Origin: Macrostomum lignano
Taxonomy: Eukaryota
Assembly (NCBI GenBank): GCA_002269645.1
Contig: NIVC01000957.1
Span: 124,001-188,000, forward strand
Reading direction: 5' to 3'
DNA length: 64,000 nucleotides
In this document: positions 63,384 through 64,000 of the stretch, piece by piece
Numbering within the stretch: the first letter of the stretch is position 1
Layout: each line of letters begins with the position of its first letter
Program-made: the position numbers and the translations under genes
Notes under the pieces: generated by a model
Seen by the model: only the letters and a program-made list of their open reading frames with translations
Databases searched by the model: none
Told to the model about the DNA's origin: nothing

Positions 63384-63836
63384 TCAGTCCACCCGGAGCA
63401 CCATCACCCCAGCTGACTGCGGCCGCATGACCCGGCGCCGTCGACCTTTGGTGTCAGCAGCCGCCGCGGAATCCTTTGACGCATCCGCCTCCGAGCCGTT
63501 CAGCGCTGCTGTTGCCCCCGTTGACGAAGAATTCGCTGCTGCTGCTGCCGCCGTCTGCGGCCGACGCTGGCGCAGCGGCACGGAGGTCAGGCCCAGCCAG
63601 TCGGACTTCTTTGCCTCCAGAATTCGCTGCCGCTCCGAGGCTGTCATCGGCGTCAAGCCCGACGTTCCGGCCGACGTGCTACCCGGTGGAAGCGCCTTCG
63701 CGGCTGGTGCCGTCTCGGTCACCGAGTTGTCGGGCTCGACATCCGAACCGGCGTCGCTGGGATCGGCGGCGGCGGCTGTTCGGCGAGCGGACTTCCGGTA
63801 GAGGCGCGGGTTCAGGTGGTCCGGGATCAGGCTGAC
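63384..63836 (-). CDS. Probable terminal exon of a gene extending past the window end; low-complexity Ala/Ser-rich, RPQTA/RPQSA motifs
   Basis: Acceptor cccccccag|GTC, open frame to TGA, exon-like GC content. Confidence 0.6.
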   Translation of the reverse strand, partial: VSLIPDHLNPRLYRKSARRTAAAADPSDAGSDVEPDNSVTETAPAAKALPPGSTSAGTSGLTPMTASERQRILEAKKSDWLGLTSVPLRQRRPQTAAAAAANSSSTGATAALNGSEADASKDSAAAADTKGRRRRVMRPQSAGVMVLRVD

Positions 63837-63934
63837 CTGGGGGGGGGAGGCCGGATGGCGTATGGTTTTGGATCGCTTTCGCATATACAAAATTTTCCAT
63901 TTACCATGAAGCTTAAAACTTCATAAATTCGAGT

Positions 63935-64000
63935 TTGTGAAGTTTCTATCGAGTTTGAAAAGTTTCTATCGAGTTTGAAAAGTTTCTATCGAGTTTGAGA
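63935..64000. repeat. Start of a 20-bp tandem array (gtttctatcgagtttgaaaa)
   Basis: 3+ units at the window edge. Confidence 0.8.

Overview
Eukaryotic (metazoan) genomic DNA, not prokaryotic. It has GC-rich spliced exons, AT-rich introns packed with mini- and microsatellites, and interstitial TTAGGG tracts. The style resembles the flatworm Macrostomum, but that is an unverified inference. Contents: (1) a hand-assembled, phase-consistent 13-exon minus-strand gene (5807-26972, about 780 aa) for a secreted EGF-LamG-EGF-LamG-EGF-LamG protein (pikachurin/EGFLAM/SP2353-like), with a different tandem array in most introns; (2) two orphan minus-strand ORFs (154 and 178 aa); (3) several secreted carbohydrate-binding-type genes: a two-CTLD C-type lectin with a tandemly duplicated last exon, two WSC-PAN paralogs and a lesioned fibrinogen-related gene; (4) mobile elements: a decayed Ngaro/DIRS tyrosine-recombinase retrotransposon whose ORF1 begins with a SAP-like motif, two 5'-truncated RNase H-bearing LINEs, a solo LTR with a 4-bp TSD, tRNA-derived SINE-like heads and a MITE-like inverted repeat; (5) three copies of a promoter-bearing LTR-like repeat carrying HOX-PBX plus MEIS-type sites, 42-bp-spaced CCAAT boxes and a TATA box. 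Most long ORFs in the supplied track are artefacts of tandem repeats. All annotation was done by eye; no searches or alignments were run.
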